From: Bacteroidales bacterium
GTDB lineage: Bacteria; Bacteroidota; Bacteroidia; Bacteroidales; WCHB1-69
Assembly (NCBI GenBank): GCA_017554325.1
Contig: JAFZIP010000005.1
Span: 197,385-261,384 of the forward strand
Direction: 5' to 3'
DNA: 64,000 bases
This document shows, in pieces, positions 47,047 through 56,325 of the stretch (position 1 is its first letter; each line of letters starts with the position of its first letter). Below the pieces are notes generated by a model, which was not told the DNA's origin, did no database searches, and saw only the letters and a program-made list of their open reading frames with translations. The translations under genes were made by a program, and so were the position numbers.

Positions 47047-48009
47047 ATGGCAACAAACATCAAGCTTTCTAAAATCTCGAAAGTGGATCTTCGCGACTGC
47101 TGGGAGAACGAAGCCAGCGACTTCACCCCATGGCTTGCTACGGAGGAAAACATAGCCCTGCTGGCTGATGCCCTTGGCATGAATGAATTGGAGGTGAAGG
47201 CCCAAGAAGAACATGTGGGTCCTTTCCGAGCTGACATTCTTTGTGTTGATCCTGGCACAGACAAACTGGTGTTAATAGAGAACCAGCTGGAAAAAACAGA
47301 CCACAATCATCTGGGACAAATTCTGACTTACGCCGCAGGTCTTGATGCTGTTACCATTATTTGGATTGCCGAGCATTTTACCGAAGAGCATCGCGCAGCA
47401 ATTGATTGGCTTAACCGCATAACTGACAAGGAGTTTAATTTCTTTGGGGTAGAAATTGAACTGATAAAGATTGGCGACAGTCCAGCAGCTCCCATGTTCA
47501 ACGTGATAGCCAAACCCAATGGGTGGAGCAAGGATGTCAAAAATTCCTCCAACAAATCTTCCAATGAGAATCGTACTGGGGTGGAAAATTACAGATATGA
47601 TTTTTGGTCGGCTTTTTGCGATTACATGAAGAACTACCCATCAAAAGTCTTCAAACCTCAGTCTCCCTCTTACAACCATTGGATGAACATAGCGATAGGG
47701 CGCAGTGGATTCAGCATTGCTCTTCTTGTAAACACAAGAGAACAGAAAACGACAGTACAACTTTATATCTCGGACGACATCGAAAAGAGCTATTTTAATG
47801 CTCTTTATGCCCACAAAGACGAGGCAGAAGAAGCCATTGGAGTAAAGTTGGACTGGAGGCGACTTGACGGTAAAAAAGCTTCATCGATAGATTATTCCAA
47901 GAATTTTAACGTGACAGATCCTGCCATGCAAGAAGTAATTTTTGGTTGGTACAAGGAATATACCGAGAAGTTTATCGGATTTTTTAAACCGATAATTAAA
48001 AAGATATAA
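47047..48009 (+). CDS. DUF4268-family protein with an N-terminal PD-(D/E)xK / NucS-like nuclease fold
   Basis: FRADILCVDPGTDKLVLIENQLEKTDHNHLGQILTYAAG has a D...E.Q nuclease-like core. The C-terminal half resembles DUF4268 (YRYDFWSAFCDYM...). A TAnnTTTG box (TATTTTTG) lies about 30 nt upstream. Confidence 0.6.
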   Translation: MATNIKLSKISKVDLRDCWENEASDFTPWLATEENIALLADALGMNELEVKAQEEHVGPFRADILCVDPGTDKLVLIENQLEKTDHNHLGQILTYAAGLDAVTIIWIAEHFTEEHRAAIDWLNRITDKEFNFFGVEIELIKIGDSPAAPMFNVIAKPNGWSKDVKNSSNKSSNENRTGVENYRYDFWSAFCDYMKNYPSKVFKPQSPSYNHWMNIAIGRSGFSIALLVNTREQKTTVQLYISDDIEKSYFNALYAHKDEAEEAIGVKLDWRRLDGKKASSIDYSKNFNVTDPAMQEVIFGWYKEYTEKFIGFFKPIIKKI

Positions 48010-48045
48010 TGGTTTTTGATAGTATTTGAAAAACAACACATTCAA

Positions 48046-49791
48046 ATGGAACGTTATGATATAATACAAACTATTGGCAGAAAGTTTTTAGTGTCAAATG
48101 TGGAAAACAACGAATATAGCTACCAACAGGATTTCGAAGAGCATTTGATTGGGCATATTCGACTTGATATTCGTTTTTTTGACAACGAGAGAAAAGTAGC
48201 TGTTCTAGTTGAGACCAAGAATCGAAAGTTCAAGAAAAAAGATAAAGATCAACTTTTTGATTACGTAAAATTAGAGCAAAAACTTTCAAATAAAACGAAA
48301 ATCATTGCCATACTTGCAGGAACACACGATGATTCATTATGTGTTTGGAAAATTGACAATGGTGATGAAGAATCTCTGGTTGATTCTCAGTTAAAATCGT
48401 TCGAAGAATATGTTTCTTATTTCCAAAAACGAAATATTAACGACAAAACAAAAGTACTAGAAAACACAGCAGCTCTCAACCGTACGCTTCACGATAATGG
48501 AATTCAAGAAGGGCTTCGCAGTCAGTTTGTTGGGACATGTTTATTGGCACTAAAAGAGGGCCTTGTATATGAGAATCTTACCACGAGTCAAATATTGGCT
48601 GGCATCAAGGAAACACTTGGCAAATTGCTAAAAGACAGCGTAGATAGGGCAAACAAAATTTCAGTTCTTGACACAAAGGTTTTACAAGACCAAAATGTGC
48701 AAAATATAGAATCCGAAAGTTTCTGTAAGCTTTTATCTTTCATCAATGATAAGATATTACCATATATTAACGAGGCAAGTACAGAAGGCCACGATATTCT
48801 TAGCTACTTTTTTACTACATTCAATAAATATGTGCAAAAAGGAGACAAGAATCAAGCCTTTACGCCAAATCATATCGCACATTTTATGTGCAAGGTGGGA
48901 CATATTACACGTAACACACGTGTATTAGACCCCACCTGTGGTAGCGGTACATTTTTAGTTCAAGCTATGGCTCAAGCTCTTGCAAAGTGCGAAACAGATA
49001 TTGAGCGCAATCATGTGAAACAAAAACAAATTTTTGGAATTGAAGTTGATGAGAAAGTCTATGGACTTGCAACAACTAATATGCTGATTCACGGTGATGG
49101 TAATTCTAATATTTATTGCGGCTCATGTTTTGAAAAACATAGTTTTATCAACAATGCCAATGTCGACCTTGTTTTAATGAACCCTCCATACAATGCTAGT
49201 AAAAGCCAAGTTGATAAAACCTATGCAAAGAAATGGGGAAAAACCACAACCGATCCCTCTAAAGGGCTATATTTTGTAGAATATATAGCAAACACAGTAA
49301 ACAAAGGTCGGCTTGTAACCCTACTTCCAATGCAAGCTGCCATTGGTGATAAAGGTATAATAGCTCAGATAAAATATTCTTTGTTGAAACATCATACTCT
49401 TGACGCCGTTTTTTCATTCCCATCTGAAATGTTTTACCCAGGAGCAAGCGCAGTTGCATGTTGTATGGTTTTTGAGCTTGGTACACCCCACACTGACAGT
49501 GATCGTGAGACATTTTTTGGCTATTTTAAGGACGATGGCTTTGAAAAGCGAAAAGGTGTAGGGCGTGTTGATGTCAAAGATCGTTGGGAGGATATTGAAG
49601 CACAATGGCTTGACCTATACGAGCACCGGATTACAAAACCTGGATTAAGTGTCACACAAAAAGTTTCCCATCTCAATGAATGGTGTGCCGAAGCATATAT
49701 GGAAACAGATTATTCAACACTTTGCGATGAAGATTTTATATGCAAAATGACTGATTATGCTGCATTTTTAGTTCAAAACGAAAAAATCTGA
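48046..49791 (+). CDS. Fused restriction endonuclease-like domain + N6-adenine DNA methyltransferase (BcgI-A-like type IIB R-M subunit; alternatively an atypical HsdM)
   Basis: The N-terminal ~130 aa carry a PD-ExK-like motif (RLD41...VLVE56TK58). The methyltransferase has motif I (VLDPTCGSGTFLV) and motif IV (LVLMNPPYNASK). I chose the ATG at 48046 as the start; the track start is a TTG at 48016. Confidence 0.7.
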   Translation: MERYDIIQTIGRKFLVSNVENNEYSYQQDFEEHLIGHIRLDIRFFDNERKVAVLVETKNRKFKKKDKDQLFDYVKLEQKLSNKTKIIAILAGTHDDSLCVWKIDNGDEESLVDSQLKSFEEYVSYFQKRNINDKTKVLENTAALNRTLHDNGIQEGLRSQFVGTCLLALKEGLVYENLTTSQILAGIKETLGKLLKDSVDRANKISVLDTKVLQDQNVQNIESESFCKLLSFINDKILPYINEASTEGHDILSYFFTTFNKYVQKGDKNQAFTPNHIAHFMCKVGHITRNTRVLDPTCGSGTFLVQAMAQALAKCETDIERNHVKQKQIFGIEVDEKVYGLATTNMLIHGDGNSNIYCGSCFEKHSFINNANVDLVLMNPPYNASKSQVDKTYAKKWGKTTTDPSKGLYFVEYIANTVNKGRLVTLLPMQAAIGDKGIIAQIKYSLLKHHTLDAVFSFPSEMFYPGASAVACCMVFELGTPHTDSDRETFFGYFKDDGFEKRKGVGRVDVKDRWEDIEAQWLDLYEHRITKPGLSVTQKVSHLNEWCAEAYMETDYSTLCDEDFICKMTDYAAFLVQNEKI

Positions 49792-49796
49792 TTTGT

Positions 49797-50837
49797 ATGG
49801 ATACTAATACTTGGAAATGGTTTAGTTACAGTGAATTATTTACAATTAAGAAAGGAAAACGCCTTATTAAAGCGGATATGGATGACGGTGATATTCCATA
49901 TATTGGGGCTATCGAATCTAACAATGGTATTAGCACATATATTTCCAACAATGAGCATCTACATTCTGCAAATACCATAACGGTTTCTTATAATGGTTCT
50001 ATCGCAGAGGCATTCTATCAGACAAGACCATTCTGGGCTACTGATGATGTAAATGTTTTGTATCCTAAATTCCTTTTGAATAAATACATTGCATTGTTTT
50101 TAACTACAATCATTAATAAAGAGAAATACAGGTTTAACTATGGTAGAAAATGGGACAAAGAATTAATGTTGTCATCAAAAATCAAATTACCCACTAACTC
50201 ATCTAATAATCCTGATTGGCCATGGATAGAGGACTATGTGAAAAATATTTTAATGCCAAAACTACCCCCAAAAGCAAAATCGGTATGGGATTTAAAATAC
50301 AACTCCCAACCTCAATCTCTAAATAGATTACAAATTAAATCAGCTACTTGGAAATGGTTTAGAATTGGAGATTGGTTTTTTAAACCGTATAAGGCAACTG
50401 CATATAATGCGATAGATTTAACTATTTGTAAAAAAGAGAAAAAAAACGCCATTCCCTATATCACGAGAACAGACGAGAATAATGGTCGTAAAGATTATGT
50501 TTTGAACGAAAACTTTGATGACATTGAATATGGGAATGCAATAACGATTGGGGATACTACTGCTACTATTTATTATCAAGAAAATGATTTTATTTGCGGT
50601 GACCACATAGTGATTTTACGTTCTATTCATTTAAACAAATACGTTGCTATGTTCGTTACTTCATTGCTCGATAAGGAACGTTTCAGATACAACTATGGAC
50701 GGGCCTTTAATAAAAAAAATATCGAAAACACAAAACTTAAACTACCAGCCATTCAAAACGCTAAAGGAGAATATGAACCAGATTGGCTGTTCATGGAGGA
50801 ATATATTAAAAGTCTGCCATTTTCTGCTAATATATAA
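49797..50837 (+). CDS. Specificity (S) subunit with two target-recognition domains (HsdS/BcgI-B-like)
   Basis: Internal duplication: TWKWFSYSELFTIKKGKRL...KYRFNYGRKWDKELMLSSKIKLP and TWKWFRIGDWFF...RFRYNYGRAFNKKNIENTKLKLP. It starts 5 nt after the methylase gene. Confidence 0.8.
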   Translation: MDTNTWKWFSYSELFTIKKGKRLIKADMDDGDIPYIGAIESNNGISTYISNNEHLHSANTITVSYNGSIAEAFYQTRPFWATDDVNVLYPKFLLNKYIALFLTTIINKEKYRFNYGRKWDKELMLSSKIKLPTNSSNNPDWPWIEDYVKNILMPKLPPKAKSVWDLKYNSQPQSLNRLQIKSATWKWFRIGDWFFKPYKATAYNAIDLTICKKEKKNAIPYITRTDENNGRKDYVLNENFDDIEYGNAITIGDTTATIYYQENDFICGDHIVILRSIHLNKYVAMFVTSLLDKERFRYNYGRAFNKKNIENTKLKLPAIQNAKGEYEPDWLFMEEYIKSLPFSANI

Positions 50838-51165
50838 CCAATTATCTTTTTCACTATTGCACTACAAATTAACCAACCATGCTTGAGATAGCAGCATCTG
50901 AAACTCACAATATCCGCATTTCTCACAATTTATTCCAGGCTTGTTGAAAACGATGGGGCGGTTGAGAGAATGAGGGTTGAAATACAAGTACTAGATTTTT
51001 AAACCATAGCAGCTGAATTCTGAAGCATCAGACATCGTTGCGCCAAAATAAATTCATTTTTCTGCAAATCTGCATTTATGGCAGAAAACGAAAACTCATT
51101 AAAGATGGCACGATTCTTGTTAAGGAATTGTGTCATTATTTTTAAACTCACATAAATTATAAGCC

Positions 51166-54100
51166 ATGTTAAACAAAGAGAAAGTCCTTTCCTTTTTCCA
51201 TAAGTTGAACTTTAATTGCAAAGATTCTTTACTTCGCCATTTTAAAGATGAATCAAACCAATATAATCTGGCTCCTGTTTATATTGAGCGAAAAGATAAA
51301 GATGGTGAAACGAACCCCAAATATGGTCCCGTCGAAGACATCGCAAATAAACTCGGCGATGAGAATGTGAGAAATATAGCTTTAACCGGACCATACGGTT
51401 CTGGAAAAAGTTCAGTGTTAAGGACATTGATGCGTGATTATCCAAAAGCAAAGTACTTGAGTATCTCGCTGGCGACATTGGAAGACGATACACTATATAA
51501 AGAGTTGATTGATAAAGATAAAGAAGATCAACAAAAAAAGGGAAAAGAAAAAAATGAGAAGAACTTCCGACAAGAAAAGGACGAAATCAACCATCTTATA
51601 GAATATAGTATTCTCCAGCAAATCATTTATAAAGAAAAGGCCAGCAAGCTACGCCAATCAAGATTAAAAAGAATACAAGACATACGACTTCCAAAGGCGC
51701 TCATTTTTGCTGGACTAATTGTTCTTGCTGTCATCGCTACAATTGTGCTATTTGAGCCGAAGTTCCTTATGGTGGAATCCTTGCGCTCCATTTTTTCCTG
51801 CAGCATTGTTTGGGAAAAGGTCTGGGATTTCTTATGTGTAGTTTACTTGGTTGGCATTTCTATATTTTTTATAGGTAAAATCTTTGTCGCCACATACAAT
51901 TCTAAGGTCAACAAACTAAATTTCAAAGACGGTGAAATCAGTATTGCTGAAAACACATCGGTTTTCAACAAACATTTAGATGAGATTATTTATTTCTTTG
52001 AGGTCACAAAGTACAATGTTGTGATAATAGAAGATTTGGATAGATTTGAAACCACTCACATCTTCCTTAAATTACGAGAGCTCAATCAATTGCTAAACTC
52101 ATCAAACTCTGTCGGAAGACGAATCGTCTTTATTTATGCTGTCCGGGATGATATTTTCAATGATACAAACAGGACAAAATTTTTCGATTATATCACAACC
52201 GTAATTCCTGTCATCAACTATTCAAATGCCAAAGACATGTTGTTGAATGCTCTTCAACAGCATAAAGTTAAAGATATTTCGGAATCCACATGTAAAGAGT
52301 TGGGGCTCTACATCGATGATATGAGAATGTTGTACAACATAGTTGATGAGTATATACAATATAGTACAAAACTTGGTAACAGCTTAGAGACCAAAAATCT
52401 TCTCGGAATGATTGTGTACAAAAACTATTTCCCAGATGATTTTTCAGCATTACCCAATCGTGGTGGAGCTGTTTATAAGGTAATCTCTAGCAAGAAGAAG
52501 TATCAGGATGAAGTATTAGAGACATTGCGTCAAAAAAAGAAAGAGCTTGAAGACAAGTATGTTTCTGAGAAGAATAAATATCAATTGACAAATGGCAAAG
52601 AATTGAGGTCGTTATATGTAAATAGGTATTTGTTAGATACAAGATATAAAATATTGTATTTTGTCGATGCAAACAAGAGAGTCTCTCCACAGGAACTAAT
52701 CGATGATGAAAAAAAATTCCAAGAATTGATGAATGATAACTTTAGCCATTATGAATATACTAATTATTATAATGGACGACAAACTGATACTTTGAATTTG
52801 AAATTTGAAAAGGTTGAAAAGCAGGTAGATTCTCAACATGGTTACCTCCAAAGGTTGAACTTTGAGAATGAAGTGATTCGGGAAATTTTGAACGAAATAA
52901 AACAAATAGATGAAGAAATATCCATTTGTCAACAAAAAAACCTTGCGCAATTATTGAATTCATTCGACATAAAAGCATTTCAAAAAGACATTTCTGAGAT
53001 AAAAGATAAAAACAGGCTTGTAGAGTTCCTATTAAAAAAAGGATATATCAACGAGTATTATTATGACTATATATCTTACTTCTATCCTGCTACACTAACG
53101 CCTCAAGACAAAGAGTTCATAACTGACTTGCGAGTAGGACGGAAAAAGGAATATCCTTTCCAACTTGTCAAATTAGACTCCGTTATCGATGAGCTTTCGT
53201 CTGAACTTTATAATAAGGTTGGCATTTTGAATATTTCTCTTATTAAATATATAGCTGATCATTCTGAAGAAAGCAAAGAAATGTCTTCAAGATTGGATAG
53301 AATAATCAAGTGCATTGAAAAACACAAAGAAAAAGATTTTGTTCTTGCCTTATATTCTGAGTTTGATGACTGTGAGGTCGTGTTTGCTCGCCTATTTAAA
53401 AAATGGAAAACTTTTTACAAGGATTGTATTTTCAAGAGAAAAGAAACAAACAAAGAGGAACAAAGTTTGTTGTTTGAAGCTTTTATGAGATATGCTGATC
53501 TTGAAGATATTTCCAAAAACAACACAGATTTTGACAATCAAATCTCTAATTGTTTCGGTTTAATAAATGAAAGATTGAATAAAATAGGGCTAAAGAAAGT
53601 AGAAACATACATTCAGAATAGAAATCTTAAATTCAAGGATTTAATATCGCAGTCATTCAATCCTGAATTCATGAAGTTTATTATAGATGGATGTTACTTC
53701 GAACGAAACAAACAAAATTTATTGAGTATCGTTTCCTTTTTGAACCCGGATTTATTGCAATCATATAAAACAGCAGGCATGACCATCACAAGAAGACTTG
53801 GTAATACTGCTCTTGTTAAAGATATGGACAACAATCTTCTGGAATACATTGGTTGTTTCCCAGAAGAAAGTATTGAGGAATCAGAGGAGAGCCTTTTGTA
53901 TATAATCAACAACTCTGAGATTGATAACTCTGTTGAGGCATATTTAGACAAACAACGCAACAGAATCACTAATCTTTCCGACATTCCAGACAATGATAAA
54001 AAGAGATTGGCTTTGAAAACAAATGTAGTCGAACCAAAGTGGGAGAACATCGAAGGGTTCATTAAAGCGGAACTGGATAATATCAAAACCAAAGAATTGA

Positions 54101-54498
54101 TTTCGTTCATTTCTAAAAACATAGAAGTCATCTCCAACAATGATGTGCCCGTTGAAATGGCCAAACTAATTTGTCGCTTTTACCAAGAGGGGTCCCTTAA
54201 CAAACTTAGTGTTAGTAAAATGATAATGTTTACAATGCGCTTAGACGATGTTGGGGAAAAGATAAGAACCTTTATTAGTCTTACCGGAAAAGAAAACGCA
54301 GATGACGAAATGATAAAGATGTTTTTGAATGCGTTAGGCGGCGTATATAAAGAAATTGCTGTTCAGAAGGGGACAAGACCAAAAATGATGGTTAACGACT
54401 TTAATAAAGAGTTGTTGCAATACTTGGAAAGAGTAGAGTTTATATCCTCATACAAGGAAAAGGACAACATGTATAGAGTAATAACCAAAAATATTTAA
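51166..54498 (+). CDS. YobI/KAP-type P-loop NTPase, 1110 aa, with TM helices inserted in the NTPase domain
   Basis: Walker A (LTGPYGSGKSSVL, aa 75-82), two hydrophobic helices (ALIFAGLIVLAVIATIVLF; VWDFLCVVYLVGISIFFIGKIFV), then Walker B (NVVIIEDLDRFE). A long alpha-helical, K/E/N-rich C-terminal region follows. Confidence 0.75.
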   Translation: MLNKEKVLSFFHKLNFNCKDSLLRHFKDESNQYNLAPVYIERKDKDGETNPKYGPVEDIANKLGDENVRNIALTGPYGSGKSSVLRTLMRDYPKAKYLSISLATLEDDTLYKELIDKDKEDQQKKGKEKNEKNFRQEKDEINHLIEYSILQQIIYKEKASKLRQSRLKRIQDIRLPKALIFAGLIVLAVIATIVLFEPKFLMVESLRSIFSCSIVWEKVWDFLCVVYLVGISIFFIGKIFVATYNSKVNKLNFKDGEISIAENTSVFNKHLDEIIYFFEVTKYNVVIIEDLDRFETTHIFLKLRELNQLLNSSNSVGRRIVFIYAVRDDIFNDTNRTKFFDYITTVIPVINYSNAKDMLLNALQQHKVKDISESTCKELGLYIDDMRMLYNIVDEYIQYSTKLGNSLETKNLLGMIVYKNYFPDDFSALPNRGGAVYKVISSKKKYQDEVLETLRQKKKELEDKYVSEKNKYQLTNGKELRSLYVNRYLLDTRYKILYFVDANKRVSPQELIDDEKKFQELMNDNFSHYEYTNYYNGRQTDTLNLKFEKVEKQVDSQHGYLQRLNFENEVIREILNEIKQIDEEISICQQKNLAQLLNSFDIKAFQKDISEIKDKNRLVEFLLKKGYINEYYYDYISYFYPATLTPQDKEFITDLRVGRKKEYPFQLVKLDSVIDELSSELYNKVGILNISLIKYIADHSEESKEMSSRLDRIIKCIEKHKEKDFVLALYSEFDDCEVVFARLFKKWKTFYKDCIFKRKETNKEEQSLLFEAFMRYADLEDISKNNTDFDNQISNCFGLINERLNKIGLKKVETYIQNRNLKFKDLISQSFNPEFMKFIIDGCYFERNKQNLLSIVSFLNPDLLQSYKTAGMTITRRLGNTALVKDMDNNLLEYIGCFPEESIEESEESLLYIINNSEIDNSVEAYLDKQRNRITNLSDIPDNDKKRLALKTNVVEPKWENIEGFIKAELDNIKTKELISFISKNIEVISNNDVPVEMAKLICRFYQEGSLNKLSVSKMIMFTMRLDDVGEKIRTFISLTGKENADDEMIKMFLNALGGVYKEIAVQKGTRPKMMVNDFNKELLQYLERVEFISSYKEKDNMYRVITKNI

Positions 54499-54597
54499 CA
54501 CGGCTACCTACCCGCCACGCGCGACGAGGTTTTCAAAGCCATCTTCGAGCAGGTGGAGAATTATAAGAAGAATAGTGGCATTTAACAAGTTGATAGT

Positions 54598-55014
54598 ATG
54601 AATTCTGTTATAGTCTGGGCAACGGTTATAAGCCCCATTGTAGGAGTGATTGCGATTGTTGTCGCATTAATTATCGCTCGTCGTTCTTCCAAGGAGACCA
54701 AACAACAGATAGAAGCAGTTTATAACCTCTTGGATGTTTTTGTGGCAACACAAACACCCACCATGATGGAAGCCAAGAGACAATACGAGCAGCAATTGAA
54801 GATATTGGATAATCAGATTGCGGAAGCAACGGAAGATTTGGAAACGGTACACCATCCATTCTTTGGTCTTGGTGGGACGCTAATAGAAGACATAGAAGCA
54901 ATAGAAGAAACCAGAGAACGGAAAATAAAACTTGATAAATTGCAAAAGAAACGGAAAGAGCTCGCCGATCAATACAATTTGATTCAATCGTATTTTGACA
55001 AGGTGAGGAAGTAG
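54598..55014 (+). CDS. Small membrane-anchored coiled-coil protein (138 aa)
   Basis: One N-terminal TM helix (VIVWATVISPIVGVIAIVVALIIA) and then a heptad-rich charged helix. No family is recognised. Confidence 0.5.
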   Translation: MNSVIVWATVISPIVGVIAIVVALIIARRSSKETKQQIEAVYNLLDVFVATQTPTMMEAKRQYEQQLKILDNQIAEATEDLETVHHPFFGLGGTLIEDIEAIEETRERKIKLDKLQKKRKELADQYNLIQSYFDKVRK

Positions 55015-55215
55015 GTACAGGATTTTCTGTTGTCCATACAACCCTATTCCCCGTGTGCCATATAGCCCCATGTATTCCAAAATGGAATATGTGGTTTTCA
55101 TGCCCGCACCCCTCCGGGGTGCGACATCCCCCGCACATCGCCCTACGCCACAAAGCCCGGCAGTCCTGACGGACTGCAGCAAAGACCAAGACCACCCCCT
55201 ATACTCTAAAACTGC

Positions 55216-55758
55216 TCATAGGTCTATAGGGGAGAAAGAACGAATCAGGTCCGCCACAAAGGTATAAGCATCAAACACTTGCCCATCATAGAATATCCCC
55301 TCGGCGGGCGGCAATGCAGTTCGAACAATGAGACCGATTTGCTCTTCGGTTCTGGCAACCCTCTGTTCCAAACGCTCAACCCTTTGATTGATGGCGTACC
55401 CACGCAACAAATAGTCCTTGAGTACAGAATTCGCCCATTGACGGAACATAATGCCTTGTTGCGATTTCACACGATATCCAATGGACAGGATCATATCCAA
55501 ATTATAATACTCAATCTCTCTTGTTATCATGCGTCCCCCTTCTTGTTGAACTGTCGCAAATTTTGCGACGGTTGGAACTCCTTTCAATTCTTCAGATAAA
55601 GCATTATTAATATGTTTGCCAATAGTTTTAATGTCTCTGGCAAATAGCGTTGCCAGTTGTTGACGATTCAGCCACACCGTCTCTTCTTGCAGACGGACTT
55701 CCAACCGGATGCTATTGTCGGGCTGGTAGAGAATGATTTCACCTCTGTTTTGATTCAT
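55216..55758 (-). pseudogene. RhuM-family protein, apparently truncated at the C-terminus (N-terminal ~180 aa only)
   Basis: GEIILYQPDNSIRLEVRLQEETVWLNRQQLATLF...YYNLDMILSIGYRVKSQQGIMFRQWA is the RhuM N-terminal region. Full-length family members are roughly 330 aa as I remember them. Here the frame ends shortly after ...FVADLIRS. Confidence 0.6.
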
Positions 55759-55828
55759 GATTATGCAGTTCTTTGTTTTTTGGTTTGTGGTTTTGTGTTA
55801 TGGTTTGTGTTTGTTCTGTGATTGTAGT

Positions 55829-55938
55829 GGCGTGCCTTCGGCACGCGGGATGTATCAGGGTGCCGTGACCATCATGCAATCCACCCCACACAGACAAGCT
55901 GTGCGGGGTTATTGGGACAGCGTGCTTTCAGCACGCGG
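55829..55938 (+). repeat. Three-hairpin intergenic element (copy 2)
   Basis: Hairpins are GGCGTGCC-ttc-GGCACGC, CCCCACACAG-acaag-CTGTGCGGGG and GCGTGCT-ttc-AGCACGC. It aligns with the reverse complement of 28609-28710. Confidence 0.75.
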
Positions 55939-56247
55939 AGGAGTGCGTGGCCGGAGAGAGCAGCGCTCCCTAATCTCGCGGTGGCGGTCCAAAACGTTCC
56001 AGATGCCGTCCTCGCTGAGGACACCGCACGGCATGTCCGAGGGTAAACGTCCTGCCTCGTCGGCACGACAGTCGGTACGCCACTCCAGACTGCCAAGATA
56101 CTGGTCCAAGGCCTGCAAATCGTCCTGAACAGACTCATACTCATCCAACACAGCGTCCAAACGCTCCAACACATCGTGAACACGCTCCAACCTGCGCTCC
56201 ATCTGCCCGATCCGTTCAATCTGCTCGTCCAATTTTTTTGAAATCAT
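55909..56247 (-). CDS. DUF4298-like small coiled-coil protein
   Basis: 112 aa. QDDLQALDQYLGSLEWRTDCRADEAGRLPSDMPCGVLSEDGIWNVL resembles the DUF4298 pattern. The last ~17 codons run into the repeat element, so the true C-terminus is uncertain. Confidence 0.5.
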   Translation of the reverse strand: MISKKLDEQIERIGQMERRLERVHDVLERLDAVLDEYESVQDDLQALDQYLGSLEWRTDCRADEAGRLPSDMPCGVLSEDGIWNVLDRHREIRERCSLRPRTPPRAESTLSQ

Positions 56248-56325
56248 TTATTAGGTTATTCCTTGGTTTTCAATCTAACACGATTATACTTTAATGTTTA
56301 CAAATAGTTCAAAATCATCCTTGCA

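Noticed and set aside
54499-54520. Possible inverted partner of the GGGGTAGT element at the right end of the island (CTACCTACCCGCC versus ACTACCCCGCCC).
   Set aside because: Only about 10 nt of loose similarity, and the hairpins are not conserved. It is probably coincidental.
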